Positions 59,778 through 64,000 of a stretch of DNA of 64,000 nucleotides are shown piece by piece. Source of the stretch: Spirochaetota bacterium. Lineage in GTDB: Bacteria > Spirochaetota > Brachyspiria > Brachyspirales > JACRPF01. Positions within the stretch are counted from its first letter, which is position 1; each line of letters begins with the position of its first letter. The stretch covers positions 23,427-87,426 of the forward strand of contig JACRPF010000017.1 in the NCBI GenBank assembly GCA_016214035.1, written 5' to 3'. The position numbers were made by a program, and so were the translations under genes. Below the pieces are notes generated by a model. That model had not been told where the DNA came from, ran no database searches, and saw nothing but the letters and a program-made list of their open reading frames with translations.

Positions 59778-62309
59778 CTAGAATGCAACGCTCAAACCGG
59801 CGGTGAATGACAGGCCGTACACGGCCTCATACACCCCGGCGATATCGATGCGGTACTTCATAAGCCCGAGGTCGGACATCCAGCCGATGCCGCCGGTGCC
59901 GGCAAGCGTCATCGCACCTGCGGTCTGTATCGCATTGATGCGCAAGCCGCCGCGGAACTCAAGTGATTCAAAAATGCGGTACATAGCTCCCCCGCCGACC
60001 GCAACGCCCTCAAGCTCCGAATATCCCGTATGCAGATATCCGGTGACGCTGTTGTTCTCCATACGCAGAAAATTGTAGGTAACATCGAACGATGCGGCCA
60101 CCGGCAGCATCTCGCTTGTCGTGCCGTATTTTACCGGTATACCGAGGTTCCGTGCATTGCCGCCGAACGCAAGCGTATACGGGCGTTCTTCCGAGCTCAG
60201 ATAGATGAGCTGGGTAAGATACAGCTGCCACTTGTATTCGTTGATTACCGCTTCAAACCGTTCCACAAGCATTGCACCGTCCTTCGCGCGCTGGTCCTGG
60301 AGCGCTCCGCGTTCCTGTGTCTGCTTTTCACGGATTGACTTCACTTTAGCCTCGTCTTTTCCGGCATCAACAGCCGCCACATCGGCACTCTCGTCAACCA
60401 CCTCGAACTTACGCGCATAGACATCGTTGACGGCGCTCACCTCAACATCCTGTTTCGCCCGTTCTTCGCGTATGAACTCCTCGATGAGGCCGCGCTTTGA
60501 TTTATACAGCTGCAGCAGAAGTCCTTTGAACAGGTCAGTCTCGTCTTTTTTATAGAGTGCAACGGCTTCATCAGCGGCATCCTTACCCGCCGCATTCAGC
60601 AGATCAAGTTCTTTCTTGAGTTTTATTTTTTTCAGGTCCTTGAGCATGGCATCTACAGGGACGGTAAGCGCACCAACCTCGCGGTTGTACGTTTCATCTA
60701 GGCGGACGAGTTTCGTTTTCACCTGCGTGATCAGTTTTTCCTTCTCCGCCAGCAGCGTGAGATATTTACCGTAGCTCTTGAGCGCACCGTTGAAGTACAG
60801 CTGCTGCGGAACGGTGAACTGACGTTTGTTGTCGCCGAGATATTTCTGTATCTCCTGGCGCATCGTCTCGCCGCGCGCAATGACCGTCTTATATGTCTTC
60901 TCGTCGACGTCTGCCGTTTTCTGTTCCACCGGAATCTTCACCACACTGCCCGCCTTCGGCACCGGGAGTTCCTTCACCCCTACTTTCATGGCTACGCCGT
61001 TGTATACCGCAATATCCTCACCGCGCTTCGCGTCTCCCATGAAATTGGATGCAATCGTGCCCCAGGTGTCCCCTTTTGCGATCGTATATTCCTTATATCC
61101 GCGCTCACGGTCCTGCGCTGTTATTGTTGTGGCAGTCACTTTCTGCGTCGCGACACGTTTTATCGCCGCAAACTGCTCCTCCGCAAACGCCTCATAAATA
61201 TCAAAGAGCGCATTCGCCTTGTCCACCAGCTCAGGGATATCGGTGTTTTTCTTGAACTGATCCCGGTATTTCGTCGCGTCTTTATATAATGTTTCAATAT
61301 CCTCATTAATTCGCTTATTCAGCGCCTTACCGTTATCATTGACGCCTTTGGCCGCCGTGTCAATGAGTGTCTTCATTTCAACGTTGGCGTTACTGATGAA
61401 ATTAGAAACGTATTCTCCGCTGATCTCCTGATTAAGCGCATACGTCATCGTGTAGATATTCGACCGTGTACGGTGCACATCGCGTATCTCCACCTGCCGT
61501 TTGCCGTAGACATCGCCGATGCGTTTGGTGTATGCTTCGAATTGCGCGTCATATTCCGCCTTCTTCGAAGCCGCGTTTGAAATTGCCTTCTGATCATCGA
61601 GCTCTTTCTTCTTCCCGTCAATCATCGCCTTGTACTGACCGATCACACGCTGCCGCTCAAGCTGCACATCAGACTCATTGATAAGCTGTTCGGGCATGCC
61701 GATGAACGGAACGCTCAGCTTATAACTCAAATTCACATCGGCCAGCACCGAGAACGTGCTGTAACTCGCAAGTGTGGACTGATAATAGGTGAGATTTACC
61801 GCGGCGTTCAGCGGTGCGAGCAGCGGATAGAGCGCGTTGGGCTCGTACTTGTTATTCGACGGATTGAGCACCTGCCGCTGCAGTTTGAGGCTTTTCTGAT
61901 CGAACACGAACGCGGCGCCCGCAAGGAGGTCGCCGGACGTGAACTTTTCCACAAGCCGTCCGCGAGAATCGAGCTGATCGAGGTTACCGAGGTTCAGGTA
62001 GTTCAAAAAGCCCGCAACGCGAAGACCTTTGGTGAACAGATTATCCTTCACCGACACATACACCGTTTCAAACCCGATGTCGTTGATGAGCATCGAACCG
62101 TTATGGTAGAATGCTATCTCAAGCTTGTCCTTATTCGCCGAAAGACCGCTGTAGGCGCGCGTAATGGGTACCGAGACATCAAGCAGATCGGCACCGCCGC
62201 CGACGGCCATGGAATACGGCGAGGGTTCATACACGAGCATGCTCGGAGTCGCAAATGCCATACACGCGCCGAGGAGCGCTGTTGTTACAACAGGTATTAT
62301 GTTTCTCAT
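59778..62309 (-). CDS. PorV-like beta-barrel with inserted coiled-coil and LysM domain
   Basis: Signal peptide; barrel half aa ~20-200; helical region aa ~200-710 with LysM YTIAKGDTWGTIA...YN...KIP (aa ~406-460); barrel half ending GLSVAF. Confidence 0.7.
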   Translation of the reverse strand: MRNIIPVVTTALLGACMAFATPSMLVYEPSPYSMAVGGGADLLDVSVPITRAYSGLSANKDKLEIAFYHNGSMLINDIGFETVYVSVKDNLFTKGLRVAGFLNYLNLGNLDQLDSRGRLVEKFTSGDLLAGAAFVFDQKSLKLQRQVLNPSNNKYEPNALYPLLAPLNAAVNLTYYQSTLASYSTFSVLADVNLSYKLSVPFIGMPEQLINESDVQLERQRVIGQYKAMIDGKKKELDDQKAISNAASKKAEYDAQFEAYTKRIGDVYGKRQVEIRDVHRTRSNIYTMTYALNQEISGEYVSNFISNANVEMKTLIDTAAKGVNDNGKALNKRINEDIETLYKDATKYRDQFKKNTDIPELVDKANALFDIYEAFAEEQFAAIKRVATQKVTATTITAQDRERGYKEYTIAKGDTWGTIASNFMGDAKRGEDIAVYNGVAMKVGVKELPVPKAGSVVKIPVEQKTADVDEKTYKTVIARGETMRQEIQKYLGDNKRQFTVPQQLYFNGALKSYGKYLTLLAEKEKLITQVKTKLVRLDETYNREVGALTVPVDAMLKDLKKIKLKKELDLLNAAGKDAADEAVALYKKDETDLFKGLLLQLYKSKRGLIEEFIREERAKQDVEVSAVNDVYARKFEVVDESADVAAVDAGKDEAKVKSIREKQTQERGALQDQRAKDGAMLVERFEAVINEYKWQLYLTQLIYLSSEERPYTLAFGGNARNLGIPVKYGTTSEMLPVAASFDVTYNFLRMENNSVTGYLHTGYSELEGVAVGGGAMYRIFESLEFRGGLRINAIQTAGAMTLAGTGGIGWMSDLGLMKYRIDIAGVYEAVYGLSFTAGLSVAF

Positions 62310-62318
62310 ATGCCGCTC

Positions 62319-64000
62319 CTATTTTGTCACGAGTATCTTGAAATACTTCTGGAAATTGTTCGGACCGCGCACAATGATCACATACAGACCAGCCCGCACC
62401 TTTTCGCCGCCCGCTTTCTCACCGCCCCAGTCTGCGCGATTGGCGCTGAACGCAAGCTCGGTTATCTTGTAGCCCATCGCGTCATACACATACGCCCGGT
62501 ACAATGCCGCGTCGCCGTTGTTCACGACATACACGCTCGCCTTCTCGCCCTTGGCGATGTTGATGAACGTGTTCGCCGCGGCTATCTTGTCCTCGGCTTT
62601 CACCTCGAGGCTCGGCAGCACCGTGCAGTAGCCGGTGGTATCGGGGCTGTAATTATTGAGCACCACCGGATACGACGTTCCAGCCACATTGATGCCGGTG
62701 AATCCGGCCTGGTCTGCACGCGGCATGGAGATGCGGAACCTGCTGTTGGCCTTGGCATCGCCGCCGATCTGCACAACCAGATAGAACACCCGTGTGTTGC
62801 TGGTGATACTTATGGTATTATTAAACGTAAGCTTCATCTTGCCGCCGATGAAAAAGCCCGTTGCGCCGTCAACCGGCGTGTCCCCGCCGTCAAACTCGCC
62901 GACTTTCGTACCCGTATCGCTGTAGAGCGCCGCGTTGCCGATACTGTTTGTAGCGCCGTCAATCTCTTCAATGCTGAACGACAGGCTGTTGAGGCTGTAG
63001 CTCGCATCGTCATCCGCTGCCGCTATCATTACACGCATCGCCGCGATGCCGTTGCTGCCCTGAAGCGCTTCCGTCGCCAGCAGATTGCTAACCGAAACCG
63101 TTACCGCTGCGTTATCGAGTGCAATCGGCGTCATCGTCAAATTCGTCAGCCAGTATTGGTCGGCCGTTGTCCCGGCGTTCGGCCCGCCGCTCAGAAGCGA
63201 CGTTACCCTGAACATGTTCGTTGCCGTCGACGCAAAACTCAACGGCGTATACGTGATGAAGTACCGGTCAGGATTATCCCAGTCGTACGAACCGCTGTTC
63301 GAAAACGATATCGCCACAGCACTGTTCATATTCGAAATGAAGTTATTCGAAGATATGCACACGCCGCTCGTGAACGTATCGTCGTTCTTCGTGTTCGTGT
63401 ATATGTTGAAGTAGCCGTAGAACGCCGCATTCGTATACACATTCGAAAGTACAAGACCGGCAATGTATTCCGGTTCCGCAAGACTTTGATTCTCACGGTA
63501 TGCATCGAAATACATAATCGGTATCTCAACGTTCGAAAGCGCCGTTGCCGGCGTCTTGTTACGCGAGAACACCGCCTTTACATCCCAATACTGTGCGCCG
63601 AGTTTCTGTATCTTTACATTCGTCGCCGGAGCCGGTCCGCTCATAACACCCGTTAGGAACGATTTTAGCACAAAGCTCGCGTTCGACACTACCGGTGAAA
63701 GACCGATAGCGCCATTCGTTATCGTCAGACCCAGGCGATTATCAATCACATTGCTCGCGCTGTCGACGTTGTAACCCACATAGAATGTGTTCACATTCGT
63801 GCCCACCAGCGCCAGCGGCACCGGGAAATCAAGCCGTACGCTCGTTCCGTTGAACGCGCGCGACGGAGTAGCCGGAGTACCGAGCTGCAGAGCGTTTATC
63901 TTATTCGTATACAGCGCCATATACGGTATCATGCCCGACGCAACCGTGGACTGACCGTTCGCGGACACGTCAATGTACGACAGATAATTCGTCGCATTCA
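62319..64000 (-). CDS. Large beta-rich secreted/surface protein with T9SS-CTD/FlgD-like C-terminal domain (5' truncated by window)
   Basis: Frame is open to the window edge; N/T/S-rich; ends VYDAMGYKITEL...WGGEKAGGEKVRAGLYVIIV...FKILVTK. Confidence 0.75.
   Translation of the reverse strand, partial: NATNYLSYIDVSANGQSTVASGMIPYMALYTNKINALQLGTPATPSRAFNGTSVRLDFPVPLALVGTNVNTFYVGYNVDSASNVIDNRLGLTITNGAIGLSPVVSNASFVLKSFLTGVMSGPAPATNVKIQKLGAQYWDVKAVFSRNKTPATALSNVEIPIMYFDAYRENQSLAEPEYIAGLVLSNVYTNAAFYGYFNIYTNTKNDDTFTSGVCISSNNFISNMNSAVAISFSNSGSYDWDNPDRYFITYTPLSFASTATNMFRVTSLLSGGPNAGTTADQYWLTNLTMTPIALDNAAVTVSVSNLLATEALQGSNGIAAMRVMIAAADDDASYSLNSLSFSIEEIDGATNSIGNAALYSDTGTKVGEFDGGDTPVDGATGFFIGGKMKLTFNNTISITSNTRVFYLVVQIGGDAKANSRFRISMPRADQAGFTGINVAGTSYPVVLNNYSPDTTGYCTVLPSLEVKAEDKIAAANTFINIAKGEKASVYVVNNGDAALYRAYVYDAMGYKITELAFSANRADWGGEKAGGEKVRAGLYVIIVRGPNNFQKYFKILVTK

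Noticed and set aside
62103-63656. 517-aa + strand ORF
   Set aside because: Arg/His-rich antisense shadow of the minus-strand surface protein.
1-64000. CRISPR array, transposase, integrase, prophage or defence system
   Set aside because: No repeat-spacer periodicity and no DDE, HUH, recombinase, reverse transcriptase or phage structural motifs in the ORF set; no integrase beside the tRNAs.

Overview
About 55% GC, gene-dense bacterial chromosomal segment, most likely from a free-living, diderm, anaerobic Spirochaetota member. This is inferred from tRNA-Arg(GCG), a P13-like porin motif, a Treponema-type HExxH protein, an insertion-bearing RecJ and the tamB-bamA linkage. It carries core genes (glgA, queH, nrdJ, gdhA, aroE, ribD, dnaX, recJ, prmC), tRNA-Arg/tRNA-Ser/SRP RNA, a TPP riboswitch-thiM unit, a cobU-cobS-cbiR cobamide salvage/remodelling operon, several AraC/LacI sugar-type modules and many envelope genes. 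No transposase, prophage or CRISPR array was seen. The most interesting candidates are: (1) an envelope module at the right end, where a PorV-like beta-barrel is split by a ~500-aa helical insertion with a central LysM domain and lies directly downstream of a large protein with a T9SS/FlgD-like C-terminal sorting domain (a second PorV-like gene is at 39 kb); (2) a translationally coupled exbD-tonB-tamB-bamA operon; (3) two hairpin-rich intergenic elements that share a 3' end; (4) a set of apparently leaderless genes. All family calls come from motif recognition by eye; no searches were run.
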